A model generated the notes under the pieces. The model did no database searches, was not told the origin of the DNA, and saw only the letters and a list, made by a program, of their open reading frames with translations. A stretch of 64,000 nucleotides of DNA, from NCBI GenBank assembly GCA_024226235.1, contig JAAELW010000062.1, positions 12,700 through 76,699 on the forward strand, in the 5' to 3' direction. Positions 8,965-18,116 of this stretch are shown in pieces (position 1 is the first letter of the stretch; each line of letters begins with the position of its first letter). Made by a program: the position numbers and the translations under genes. Origin of the DNA: a bacterium. Lineage in GTDB: Bacteria; Myxococcota_A; UBA9160; UBA6930.

Positions 8965-10232
8965 GCAAGGATCGCGAGCGGGAACGAATGATTGGCGACC
9001 GCCGGCTTCGGCCCGAATCGCTGATGATGAGCTACGGCTACGATCCGAAGCTCTCCGAAGGCGCACTCAAGAGTCCCATCTTCCAGACCTCGACCTTCGT
9101 GTTCGAAAGCGCCGAAGCGGGAAAAGCCTTCTTCGAGGTGGCCTACGGCCTGCGCCAACCGGATTTGGACGAAGAGCCCGGCCTCATCTACAGTCGGCTC
9201 AACAACCCCGATCTCGAGATCCTCGAGGAACGGTTGGCGCTCTGGGATGGCGCAGAAGAGGGCGCCGTCTTCGTCAGCGGCATGGCCGCAATCGCGACGA
9301 GCCTGCTCGCCTATGCGCGTCCCGGCGACGTCATCGTGCACAGTGGCCCACTCTATGGCGGAACGGATCACCTGCTGAGGGTGGTGCTCTCCGATTTCGG
9401 CATTCGCCCCATCGGCTTTCCGGCAGGTGTTCCGGTCGCGGAACTGGCATCGGAGTTGCGCGAGAAGATCGCCGGAGAGCGGGTCGCCGCGGTCATCATC
9501 GAGACCCCAGCCAACCCCACCAATGCGTTGGTAGATATCCAGGGGATCGCCGAACTCGTCAAGGCCGAATCGCCGGACGCGATGGTGATGGTCGACAACA
9601 CCTTCCTCGGTCCACTCTGGCAGCAACCGCTGCAACACGGCGCCGATCTCGTCATCTACTCTGCGACCAAGTTCATCGGCGGCCATAGTGATGTGATCGC
9701 CGGAGCAGCACTGGGCTCTCGCGAAGCGCTCGCGCCGATCCGCGGTCTGCGCACATTCCTGGGTACCCTGGCCGGCCCCTGGAGCGGCTGGTTGCTGCTG
9801 CGCAGCCTCGAAACGCTCTCGCTGCGGATGCAGGCCCAGGCGCGCGGCGCCCAGGAGGTGGCCGCCTTCCTGGTCGAGCACCCGCAGGTGCGCGCGATCC
9901 ACTACCTGGGAACGACCCTCGAGGACGATCCGATGGCAGACGTCTACTATCGTCAGTGTCGCTCGGCCGGCTCAGTGATCTCGTTCGACATCCACGGCGG
10001 TGAGAAAGAGGCCTTCCGCTTCTTGAACGCCCTCCAGCTCGTGAAGCTGGCGGTCAGCCTCGGCGGAACCGAGTCCCTGGCCGAACACCCCGCCAGCATG
10101 ACCCACGCGGATGTTTCGCGAGAGCAGCAACGAAGCCTCGGCATCGGCGCCAGCATGGTCCGCCTCTCGGTCGGCATCGAGCACCCCGCCGACTTGATTG
10201 CAGATCTCGAGCAGGCGCTGGAACAGGTCTAG
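8961..10232 (+). CDS. Cys/Met-metabolism PLP-dependent enzyme (cystathionine gamma-synthase / methionine gamma-lyase family)
   Basis: 423 aa with the PLP-lysine motif YSATKFIGGHSDVIAG and a family-typical N-terminus (PIFQTSTFVF). The exact reaction cannot be called by eye. Confidence 0.85.
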   Translation: MSKDRERERMIGDRRLRPESLMMSYGYDPKLSEGALKSPIFQTSTFVFESAEAGKAFFEVAYGLRQPDLDEEPGLIYSRLNNPDLEILEERLALWDGAEEGAVFVSGMAAIATSLLAYARPGDVIVHSGPLYGGTDHLLRVVLSDFGIRPIGFPAGVPVAELASELREKIAGERVAAVIIETPANPTNALVDIQGIAELVKAESPDAMVMVDNTFLGPLWQQPLQHGADLVIYSATKFIGGHSDVIAGAALGSREALAPIRGLRTFLGTLAGPWSGWLLLRSLETLSLRMQAQARGAQEVAAFLVEHPQVRAIHYLGTTLEDDPMADVYYRQCRSAGSVISFDIHGGEKEAFRFLNALQLVKLAVSLGGTESLAEHPASMTHADVSREQQRSLGIGASMVRLSVGIEHPADLIADLEQALEQV

Positions 10233-10388
10233 AGGCCATCACTGCAAGGGGATCCCGGTCCAGGCGGCCGGCATTGGTGGCTGAGACGACCGGACCAACC
10301 GAGGGGTCAGGCTCATCTGGAAGGGACGCAGATGGCGAGCGCGCCGCGGCGTCCCATGAGTATGGAGCGCCGATGGCCTCTGCGGACG

Positions 10389-10868
10389 CTATTGCGGAGG
10401 CCGCGGAATCGGATCGTCCTTCTCGAGCTCGCGCACGGTCCGGACCTCGCGCGGCTCGGGGCGTCCCAGGTCGACGTGCAGGTGGACGCGATTCTCGGAC
10501 ACGGCGCCCTCGAGCCGCCGCCTGAGCGCGCGCTTCACGACGCTGCGGAACGCGGGCACCAGACACAGGAAGCCGAAGGCATCGGTGAGCACCCCGGGCG
10601 TTACCAACAGCGCCGCGGCGAGCAGGATGATCACACCGTCGGCGAGGGAGTCGGCCGGCAGGCGACCCTGGTCGACCTCGCTTTGCATCTGCTGCAGCAC
10701 CGAGATGCCCTGCCAGCGAGCCAGCCACGCTCCGACGAGGCCGGTGACGACGATCAGCCCGAGTGTATGGATCGTGCCGAAGCGGCTGCCCAGCTCGATC
10801 AGCAGGGCCAGCTCGGTCGCCGGGAGGAGGACGAAGAGGAGGAGGAGGCGTCCCACGACGCGCAGCAT
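10389..10868 (-). CDS. fxsA: FxsA-family membrane protein
   Basis: The internal ATG 10868 of track ORF 10389..11102 gives MLRVVGRLLLLFVLLPATELALLIELGSRFG...VTPGVLTDAFGFLCLVP, an FxsA-like pattern. The 78 aa upstream look non-coding. Confidence 0.75.
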   Translation of the reverse strand: MLRVVGRLLLLFVLLPATELALLIELGSRFGTIHTLGLIVVTGLVGAWLARWQGISVLQQMQSEVDQGRLPADSLADGVIILLAAALLVTPGVLTDAFGFLCLVPAFRSVVKRALRRRLEGAVSENRVHLHVDLGRPEPREVRTVRELEKDDPIPRPPQ

Positions 10869-10998
10869 GCCACAGGAGATCCGAAGTCCGGCCTGGCCCC
10901 ATGAAATTCTCGCACGACACCGGGGACTTGGATGCCCCGGGAGACCGCGCGGCGGCCATCGAGAGGGCGAGACATGATCCCCTAGGAGACCATTCGAG

Positions 10999-11031
10999 TT
11001 GCATACAAGTATAATCTTGCATCTCTGTATA
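10999..11031. promoter_or_regulatory. candidate operator: two direct TTGCAT-N4-GTATA repeats (18-bp period) with embedded TATAAT
   Basis: TTGCATacaaGTATA (10999-11013) and TTGCATctctGTATA (11017-11031) sit in the only AT-rich patch of the fxsA / TetR divergent intergenic region. TATAAT lies at 11010-11015. Confidence 0.3.
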
Positions 11032-11067
11032 CGTCGGTGATAGCGTCCGAGGCACGAGGAAATCGCC

Positions 11068-11736
11068 TTGCCGCACGACGCCGAGCATCCCAGCTCTCTC
11101 AACCGACGCGAGCGGCGGAAGCTCGAGGTTCACACCCGGATCGTCGAGGCGGCCATCGATCTCTTCGACGAGTACGGCTTCGTCGAGACGAAGGTGGCGG
11201 CCATCTGTGAGCGAGCCGACATCGCCCACAAGACCTTCTTCAACCACTTCCCGCGCAAGCAGGATCTGCTCCGCGAGATTGCGTCGATCTATCTCGGCAC
11301 ACTCCTCGGTGACATCGAAGAGACGCGCAAGCAGCCCGGCACGACTCGCGATCGCATCCTCTTCTTCTTCGAGCGCATTGCCGACAAGTCCGAGGCCGCG
11401 GGCCCCATGCGCCGCGAGCTCGTGACCGAGATCGTCCACGTCGCCCACGAGACGCACTCCGAACCCGAGCAGGCGCGAAAGCTCCATGGTTCCTTCGGAT
11501 CGATCATTCTGGATGGAGTGGCCGGAGGGGACGTCACCGACCGCTACGACCCCGAGACGATGATCGACATGTTGATGGGCGCCTTCTACGCGCTGGTGTT
11601 CAACTGGGCCAATCTGGACGATTTTCCGGTGCGTCGCCACGCCATGTCGTCGGCTCGCTTTCTCGCAGACGCCTTTCAGGCAGAGGTGTTTCCCGCAGAC
11701 GCAGCTGGTATCGAGGTGAAGGAGACGGCGGACTGA
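11068..11736 (+). CDS. TetR/AcrR-family transcriptional regulator
   Basis: TTG start. The N-terminal TetR HTH is RIVEAAIDLFDEYGFVETKVAAICERADIAHKTFFNHFPRKQDLL. Confidence 0.88.
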   Translation: MPHDAEHPSSLNRRERRKLEVHTRIVEAAIDLFDEYGFVETKVAAICERADIAHKTFFNHFPRKQDLLREIASIYLGTLLGDIEETRKQPGTTRDRILFFFERIADKSEAAGPMRRELVTEIVHVAHETHSEPEQARKLHGSFGSIILDGVAGGDVTDRYDPETMIDMLMGAFYALVFNWANLDDFPVRRHAMSSARFLADAFQAEVFPADAAGIEVKETAD

Positions 11737-11761
11737 TGGGGACAGGAGGCAGGAGAGACCC

Positions 11762-12628
11762 GTGAGAGAATTCAAAGGCAAGGTCGCAGTCGTCACCGGC
11801 GGCGCCAGCGGAGTCGGTCGCGCCCTGGTCGATCGCTTCGCGCGCGAGGGGATGAAGGTGATCGCCGCCGACGTCGAGAAGCCCGCGCTCGATGCGGCGG
11901 TGGCGGAGATGAGCGCAGGAGGCGCCGAGATCACCGGCATCGTGACCGATGTGCGCAGCCTCGAGTCGGTACAGGCTCTGGCCGCCGCGACGTTGGACAC
12001 CTACGGGGCGATCCACATTTTGTGCAACAACGCCGGTGTCGGCACCAACGAGATGGCGGACACCATCTGGACCTCGTCGGACAACGACTGGAAGTGGTGC
12101 TTTCAGGTCAATGTCTGGGGCGTTCTCAACGGCATCAAGGCGTTCGTGCCGCCAATGCTCGACGGGGGCGAAGAGGGGCACGTGATCAACACCTCCTCGA
12201 GCAACGGCGGGCTCTATCCGCTCCCCACCACGCCTATCTATGCGACCACCAAGGCCGCCGTCACCACCATCACCGAGGTGCTCAACTACGAGCTCCAGAT
12301 GCAGGGGGCGAAGATCAAAGCCGGCGTCCTCTACCCGGGCCCTCACATCGTCAACACGGGAATTTTCTCCGCGGCGCGCAATTGCCCCGCCGACATTCCG
12401 TACGAGCGGGAGCCCGTTCCGCCGCCCGTTCTCGAGGACATGAAGGAGATGTACGAGCAGGCCGGCATGGAGTGGGCCGTGACGGAGCCCCACGAGGTGG
12501 CCGAGTACACCCTCGAGGCCATCCGCAACGACCAGTTCTGGATCATCCCCGAGAGCGAACACGCGGATACCGCGGTTCGCGCGCGCCTGGAAGGGATTCT
12601 CGCGCGTAGGAATCCGAGTCTCGGATGA
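11762..12628 (+). CDS. SDR-family oxidoreductase
   Basis: GKVAVVTGGASGVGRA Rossmann motif, NNAG, and the catalytic YATTKAAV. Confidence 0.88.
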   Translation: MREFKGKVAVVTGGASGVGRALVDRFAREGMKVIAADVEKPALDAAVAEMSAGGAEITGIVTDVRSLESVQALAAATLDTYGAIHILCNNAGVGTNEMADTIWTSSDNDWKWCFQVNVWGVLNGIKAFVPPMLDGGEEGHVINTSSSNGGLYPLPTTPIYATTKAAVTTITEVLNYELQMQGAKIKAGVLYPGPHIVNTGIFSAARNCPADIPYEREPVPPPVLEDMKEMYEQAGMEWAVTEPHEVAEYTLEAIRNDQFWIIPESEHADTAVRARLEGILARRNPSLG

Positions 12629-12718
12629 GGCTCGCACGTCGACAAGATCGGACCTCGAGAGAGCAATCGATTCACTGGAGCTGACTCGAGCGGCGCTCGA
12701 TTCGGCGGGGACATTTTC

Positions 12719-13525
12719 ATGGCCAAACTTCGCTACGTCAGGAGTCTCGACCAACTCAAGAGGGCCGCCGAGGCCAATCCCGAGTTCCTGGAGAGCTCGG
12801 TGCGCTCGGTGCGCGTCTCCTACGAGACGGATCCGGCGCTGGTTGCGGCGGTGACTCCCAGACCTCTCGAGCCCACTGAGCGACCCGAGGTCTGCGTCAC
12901 CTTCTCTCATGTCGCCATGCACATCACGCCGGAGTACACGTTCGAGATCGGCTCCGCGATCTTCGGCGTCCGCACTCGCTACGACGGCACCGAGGGCATC
13001 TACCTGATCACGATGCCGATGACCACCGAGCAAGCCGTCGTCCCGGGCCGCGAGACCTACGGCGAGCCCAAGAAGATCGCCGACATCGATTTCAGCGTGG
13101 AGGGCGACCGCGTCTGCTCCAAGGTGACGCGGATGGGTGTCCCCTACCTCGAGGTGCAGGGGACACTCGGCGAGTCGCTGGGCGCGCGCAAACTCACCGA
13201 CTTCGGATTCTGCTACAAGGCCCTCCCCTCCTGCGAGCAGGGCGCCGGCTTCGATTCGGATCCGCTCCTCGTGCAGCTGGAGTGGAAGCACACCCACAGC
13301 GATGTGCGGAAGATCGACAACGGCGAGCTGATCCTCCGCGAGTCGCCCTTCGATCCGGTAGTCGACCTGCCGGTTCGGCGCATCGTGTCGATGGAATACG
13401 AAGAGGGCTCCTCGGAGAGCAACGGCAGGGTTCTGCGCAGCATCCCGGGAGACTGGCTGCTGCCCTTCCTGCACGGCCGCTACGACGATTCCTCGGGCGA
13501 GGGGATCGAGGTCCCGGATCGTTGA
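12719..13525 (+). CDS. acetoacetate decarboxylase (ADC) family protein
   Basis: 268 aa. The GRETYGEPKK motif matches the ADC-family active-site Lys-Lys context. Confidence 0.72.
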   Translation: MAKLRYVRSLDQLKRAAEANPEFLESSVRSVRVSYETDPALVAAVTPRPLEPTERPEVCVTFSHVAMHITPEYTFEIGSAIFGVRTRYDGTEGIYLITMPMTTEQAVVPGRETYGEPKKIADIDFSVEGDRVCSKVTRMGVPYLEVQGTLGESLGARKLTDFGFCYKALPSCEQGAGFDSDPLLVQLEWKHTHSDVRKIDNGELILRESPFDPVVDLPVRRIVSMEYEEGSSESNGRVLRSIPGDWLLPFLHGRYDDSSGEGIEVPDR

Positions 13526-13603
13526 GATCGCCAGGCGGCATGAGCCGCCGCCATTTCCACGGTTCCACATGGTGGAGCGCGGTTTCAAAGGAGGAGTGAG
13601 ACG

Positions 13604-14578
13604 ATGGCCGACAGGATCGGTGGAGTCGGAACGGAGCTGATCGCCGAGGATCCCGGCATCCCCAATGGCTGGTACGCCGTGGCTTGGAGCAAGGATCTCG
13701 ATGTGGGCCAGGTGGAGCGCCTGCGCTGCTTCGAGCAGGAGCTGGTGCTGTTCCGCGCGCGCTCGGGCCAGCCGAAGGTGCTCTCTGCCTACTGCCCCCA
13801 CCTGGGCATCCATATGGGGAAAGGGGGCCGGGTCATGGGCGAGACCGTTCGCTGCCCCCAACACGGCTGGCAGTTCGACGGCGATAGCGGCAAGTGCACG
13901 GAGATCCCGTACTGCGACGAGATCCCGCGGCGGGCCTGCGTCCGGAAGTGGGACGTCATCGAGCGCAATCGCATGATCTTCGTCTGGCACCACGCAGAGG
14001 AGAAGCCGCCTTATTGGGACGTTCCGGTGGTCTCTCAGCTCGAGGACCCGGAGTGGTGCGAACCGCGTTCCTTTACGCTCGAGGTCCCCGTCCACATGCA
14101 GGACATGGCCGAGAACAACATGGACCCGGTGCACTTCCGCTACGTCCACACGTCGGACACCATACCGGAGACCGAGTTCAGCATCGCCGAGGACGGCCGC
14201 TTCCTGAAGGCCACCAGCCACTTCCTGAAGGCGACGCCGGCCGGCCCCTTCACGCTCACGCTGGATCGCGATACCTGGGGACTCGGTATGTCGAGCGTCG
14301 AGAGTACGGGGATTCCCAATATGGGGCTCTACATGTTCTCTTCGACGACGCCCGTCGATAACCGCAACACCATCTCGCGGTGGCTGCTCTTCGCGACGAA
14401 GAACGCGATCGACACCGAAGGCGAGGAGTGGTTCGACGGCATAACCAAGGGCGTGATGGACGATTGGGACGTCTGGACCAACAAGATCCATCTCACCAAC
14501 CCGGTCTTCTGCAAGGCGGACACGCCCTTGATCGAGTTCCGCAAGTGGGCGCGACAATTCTACTCGCACCAGGCCTGA
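13604..14578 (+). CDS. Rieske [2Fe-2S] non-heme-iron oxygenase, catalytic subunit (KshA-like)
   Basis: Rieske motif CPHLG...CPQHGWQF and mononuclear iron motif ENNMDPVHFRYVH. A strong SD (AAGGAGG) is present. Confidence 0.85.
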   Translation: MADRIGGVGTELIAEDPGIPNGWYAVAWSKDLDVGQVERLRCFEQELVLFRARSGQPKVLSAYCPHLGIHMGKGGRVMGETVRCPQHGWQFDGDSGKCTEIPYCDEIPRRACVRKWDVIERNRMIFVWHHAEEKPPYWDVPVVSQLEDPEWCEPRSFTLEVPVHMQDMAENNMDPVHFRYVHTSDTIPETEFSIAEDGRFLKATSHFLKATPAGPFTLTLDRDTWGLGMSSVESTGIPNMGLYMFSSTTPVDNRNTISRWLLFATKNAIDTEGEEWFDGITKGVMDDWDVWTNKIHLTNPVFCKADTPLIEFRKWARQFYSHQA

Positions 14579-14618
14579 AGACCACGACACCATCGACCGA
14601 GAAGGGGAGAGAGAAACG

Positions 14619-15791
14619 ATGAGCCGCCATCTCATGATCTCGTCGGATTGCCACGCCGGGCTTCAACCCGGGAAGTACCGCGAATACATCGATCCGCAGC
14701 ATCGCAAGGCCTACGACGATCAGGTTGCGGGCCAGATCGCACAGTTCAAGGAGAGCGCAAAGGCGTTCATGGTCAGCGAGTTCGCCGATGAGTGGGAGCG
14801 CGACAAGGAGGAGGGGCTCACAGGTGCCTGGGACTCCGACCGCCGCAACGCGGCGCTCGATGCCGACGGCGTCGTCGGCGAGGTGGTCTTTCCCGACGGC
14901 CTCACCGGGGGCAACTCGCCTCCGTTGGGCGCCGGGCTGACGCTGCCCACGGACTGCGATTCCCAGCTGCAGCTGGCCGGAGCGCGAGCCCACAACCGCT
15001 GGGTCGCCGATTTCTGCTCGCTGGCTCCCGCGCGACGCGCCGGTCTGGCGATCGTTCCGATCCTGCAGGACATTGATGCGGCGGTGACCGAGATCGAATG
15101 GGCCGCGAAGGCCGGACTTCGCGGTGGCATCATGATCCCGTCGATGTGGCGAGACCACCCGGCCTATCACCACCCGCGCTACGAGCCGATCTGGGCGGCC
15201 TGCGCAGACCTCAATATGCCGATCCACACCCACGTGGCGGCGGCGCCGGAGCTCGAGCCGCACCCCGGGAGCATCGGCATCTACATCACCGAGGTGGTGT
15301 GGTGGTCGGTGCGTCCGATGTGGTTCCTGATCTGGTCGGGCGTCTTCGAGCGCCATCCGAAGCTGAAGTTCCTGGTCTCGGAGGGGGGCGTCGATTGGGC
15401 ACCTTCGCTGCTCAAGATGATGGATCAACGCTTTACGGCGAACCGGACCAACGCCAAGATGGGCGACTTCCACAAGAACCTCTCGATGAAGCCGAGCGAG
15501 TACTTCGACCAGAACTGTTGGGTGGGGTCGTTCCTGACGCGCGATGAGGTGGAGGCGCGCCACGAGATCGGCGTCGGCAACCTGATGTGGACGAGCGACT
15601 ATCCCCATCCCGAGGGCACCTGGCCCGACAGCAAGAATCTCGTCATCGAGGCCTTCCGGGGAGCTCCCGAAGAGGAGACGCGCGCCATGCTGGGAGGGAA
15701 CGCCGCCGAGGTCTTCGGGTTCGACATCGACGCGTTGGCCCCGCTCACCGAGCGGGTCGGGCCTGAGGTCGCCGCCTTCGAGGGCGACTAG
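14619..15791 (+). CDS. amidohydrolase-family protein (amidohydrolase_2 / ACMSD-LigW-like)
   Basis: 390 aa with an N-terminal ISSDCHAG and a C-terminal TSDYPHPEG metal-ligand context. Confidence 0.72.
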   Translation: MSRHLMISSDCHAGLQPGKYREYIDPQHRKAYDDQVAGQIAQFKESAKAFMVSEFADEWERDKEEGLTGAWDSDRRNAALDADGVVGEVVFPDGLTGGNSPPLGAGLTLPTDCDSQLQLAGARAHNRWVADFCSLAPARRAGLAIVPILQDIDAAVTEIEWAAKAGLRGGIMIPSMWRDHPAYHHPRYEPIWAACADLNMPIHTHVAAAPELEPHPGSIGIYITEVVWWSVRPMWFLIWSGVFERHPKLKFLVSEGGVDWAPSLLKMMDQRFTANRTNAKMGDFHKNLSMKPSEYFDQNCWVGSFLTRDEVEARHEIGVGNLMWTSDYPHPEGTWPDSKNLVIEAFRGAPEEETRAMLGGNAAEVFGFDIDALAPLTERVGPEVAAFEGD

Positions 15792-15805
15792 GCCCGCAAA
15801 CCAGG

Positions 15806-16774
15806 TCAGGCGAGGGGCAGTGAGAGGGCCTTGCGGATGCCCGTGACCAGCGCGTGGTGGATGAGGAGTCGATAGGAAGCGTGGAGCAGCTCTTCGGCTC
15901 CGCGGACACCAAACGCGGCGGGTGCCCGGTCTGCTGTGCCTAGCGACTCTTCGAGTTCCAAGACGACCTGTTTGGCGGCTTCGATTGCCGGTGGGAAGAC
16001 CTGATCGCAGTCTTCGGCATCTCGGATACCGAGAGCCTGTGCGAGCGCTTCATCCTCAGGATGGAGCTGGTGAAACAGTGTGGCGTACTCGCCGTACTCC
16101 GGGCACCGCGCCCGGAAGGATTCGAACCCGATCGGATGATCGTGCCAAGCGAGCGCTTCGGGGCGATAGCAGATCTTGTGCCCCGCCCGATCCAACCGCC
16201 AACCGAGCTCCATGTCCTCGTAGCGGGCGGCCGGGAAGCGCTCTTCGAAGGGATGTTCGAGCAGCAGATGCCTCGGCGTCGAGATGTTGGTGGTGTAATA
16301 GAACCGCCAACCCGTGTGGTCCGGATCAGCAATCCGTCCATACGCGAATTGGCTGCCCCCATTTTCCTGGTAGTGCATGAACGGAGTGACCTCCAGCGCC
16401 GGCAACCAGGTGGTATGCCCCAGCACGGAGCGAGCCGTTCCGGTCGCGTGCCCGAGGAGATGAGTCTTCACCCAACCTGGGGCGAGCCTGCAATCGTCAC
16501 CGGTGAACGCAACGAGTTCGCCCTTCGCAGCACGTACACCCGCATTCCGAGCGGCTGCAGGGCCTCGGTGGCGAAGGCGCAGGATGCGAAGCGAGAACGG
16601 CCAGTCGCGGCGGGGTGCGGCTTCCAACCAGGCTGTCGTGTCGTTTTGTGAACCGTCATCAGCGATCACCACGTCGGAAATCGCTGTGACATTCTCCTGG
16701 GTTGCCAGGCTCGCGACGCAGGCCTCTAGCTTCTCGTGACGTTCGAAGGTCGGGATGACCACCGAAAGCTTCAC
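15806..16774 (-). CDS. family 2 glycosyltransferase
   Basis: MKLSVVIPTFERHEKLEACVASL...ADDGSQNDT...FTGDDC (GT-A fold, DxD). The GTG start overlaps the upstream stop (GTGA). Confidence 0.85.
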   Translation of the reverse strand: MKLSVVIPTFERHEKLEACVASLATQENVTAISDVVIADDGSQNDTTAWLEAAPRRDWPFSLRILRLRHRGPAAARNAGVRAAKGELVAFTGDDCRLAPGWVKTHLLGHATGTARSVLGHTTWLPALEVTPFMHYQENGGSQFAYGRIADPDHTGWRFYYTTNISTPRHLLLEHPFEERFPAARYEDMELGWRLDRAGHKICYRPEALAWHDHPIGFESFRARCPEYGEYATLFHQLHPEDEALAQALGIRDAEDCDQVFPPAIEAAKQVVLELEESLGTADRAPAAFGVRGAEELLHASYRLLIHHALVTGIRKALSLPLA

Positions 16775-17988
16775 GAGATCGACATTTCAGAGCCCGGTTT
16801 CCGGGTGCCGTCTTCTGCCTTCTCTCGCGGTTCCGGCCAATCGGGTCGCTGCAGGAGTTCGAAAGTGCGCGGATTCGAGCCTCGGAAGTGAGTGAGATCG
16901 TCGATCGCTTCGCCTTCGTACGCACGGAACTCTTCCCAACCGTGGCGGGCGACATAGTCGCGATCGACTCCGTCACAGATTCGACGCAATGAACACTGCT
17001 CGCAGGGTGGCCCCTGCGCCATGTTGTACTCGGGATGGGTCGCCACCTGCTCCGGGTGGCGTGCCAGGTAGTCCTCGAGGCGATCGTAGAAGAGAAACGG
17101 CTTGGCACCGTAGGGCGTGCCTTCGATCTTTCCGCCGCGGGTTCCGTTGCGCCACTCGTAGGGGTCCAGCTGAACCTGCTTGTAGCCGACGAGGTTCTTC
17201 TCCAGCCCCGGAAGAGCGCAGAACGGCGCATATCGGATGTTCACGCCCTTTCCGGCGTCTTCCAGGATCTTTACCGCTTCGCTCAGGGAAGGTGCGATCT
17301 CGTCGTATCGGGCCTTGTGATCCACGCCGTGGTCGGGTCCGTTGCGCCATCCCCACTCGAGCTTCATCACGATGAAATTGTGGAAGCGGAGATTCCGCCG
17401 GGCCAGGTAGCGGGCGATTTCCGGAAGCTCGCTGGCGTTGTATTGCTGCACCACCGTATTGGAGGTGTAGGAGAAGTCGCAAGCGTCGAGATACTCCATG
17501 GTCGCCTTCACCTGGGCCAGGGAGCCCTTGGTGAGTTGCTTGAACAGAGTGTCGCTGGCGGCATGAAACGAGAAGAGGAAATCCGTCAAGCCGGCATCGA
17601 GCAGCGCGTCGACGAGGCGCTCTCGTCCGCTCGGTTTGTGCGGGCGCATCGTGAATTGACCGAGCGTGATCATCCGGGCGCGGATGTCGACCACATGTTC
17701 GATGTGCCGGATCAACTCGAGGATCTGCGGGTGCAGGCTAGGTTCGCCGCCCGTCACATCACAATGGGAGATGCCCCAACCCCTGAAATCGTCGGCCAGC
17801 CCCGTACACTCCTCCAACGGGCGGAAGGGCAGCGTGCGAAGCGCGTGGAACGGGTCCTGGTGCCCGTCGAAGTGGCTGTAGTAACAGAACACGCACGAGT
17901 GGGGGCAGCGCAAGCCGACATCGAGTACGCCTGTCGGAGACAGGGTTCCCACCGGATGCTGCAGACGGTTCCCCTGATTCCGATGCAT
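16771..17988 (-). CDS. radical SAM protein, uncharacterised subfamily, with C-terminal Cys cluster
   Basis: CPHSCVFCYY (CxxxCxxC) near the N-terminus and a GGEPS SAM-binding motif. The C-terminal CEQCSLRRIC is CxxCx5C, a partial SPASM/twitch-like cluster. I prefer ATG 17988 (a G-rich SD precedes it) over the track's TTG 18135, which would overlap the upstream gene. Confidence 0.8.
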   Translation of the reverse strand: MHRNQGNRLQHPVGTLSPTGVLDVGLRCPHSCVFCYYSHFDGHQDPFHALRTLPFRPLEECTGLADDFRGWGISHCDVTGGEPSLHPQILELIRHIEHVVDIRARMITLGQFTMRPHKPSGRERLVDALLDAGLTDFLFSFHAASDTLFKQLTKGSLAQVKATMEYLDACDFSYTSNTVVQQYNASELPEIARYLARRNLRFHNFIVMKLEWGWRNGPDHGVDHKARYDEIAPSLSEAVKILEDAGKGVNIRYAPFCALPGLEKNLVGYKQVQLDPYEWRNGTRGGKIEGTPYGAKPFLFYDRLEDYLARHPEQVATHPEYNMAQGPPCEQCSLRRICDGVDRDYVARHGWEEFRAYEGEAIDDLTHFRGSNPRTFELLQRPDWPEPREKAEDGTRKPGSEMSIS

Positions 17989-18116
17989 TGTTCCCCCCCC
18001 GCTCCATATCGGCTGGACTCCAAGGTCCCTTGAATCATCCGCTGGCAGCGGACAGGAAGTTCGACCGACCCACGGATTCGGCACAAGAGTGCCGAGCTCT
18101 GGTGATCGAAGGGGAG

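Noticed and set aside
11600-14635. A 1011-aa minus-strand ORF spanning the SDR/ADC/Rieske region. Similar long ORFs are 10054-12000 (-, 648 aa), 25936-27588 (+, 550 aa), 36168-37784 (+, 538 aa) and 38216-39115 (-, 299 aa).
   Set aside because: They run antisense or out of frame to genes with clear family motifs. They are Arg/Gly/Pro/Ala-rich with no recognisable domain. Such stop-free alternative frames are expected in GC-rich DNA.
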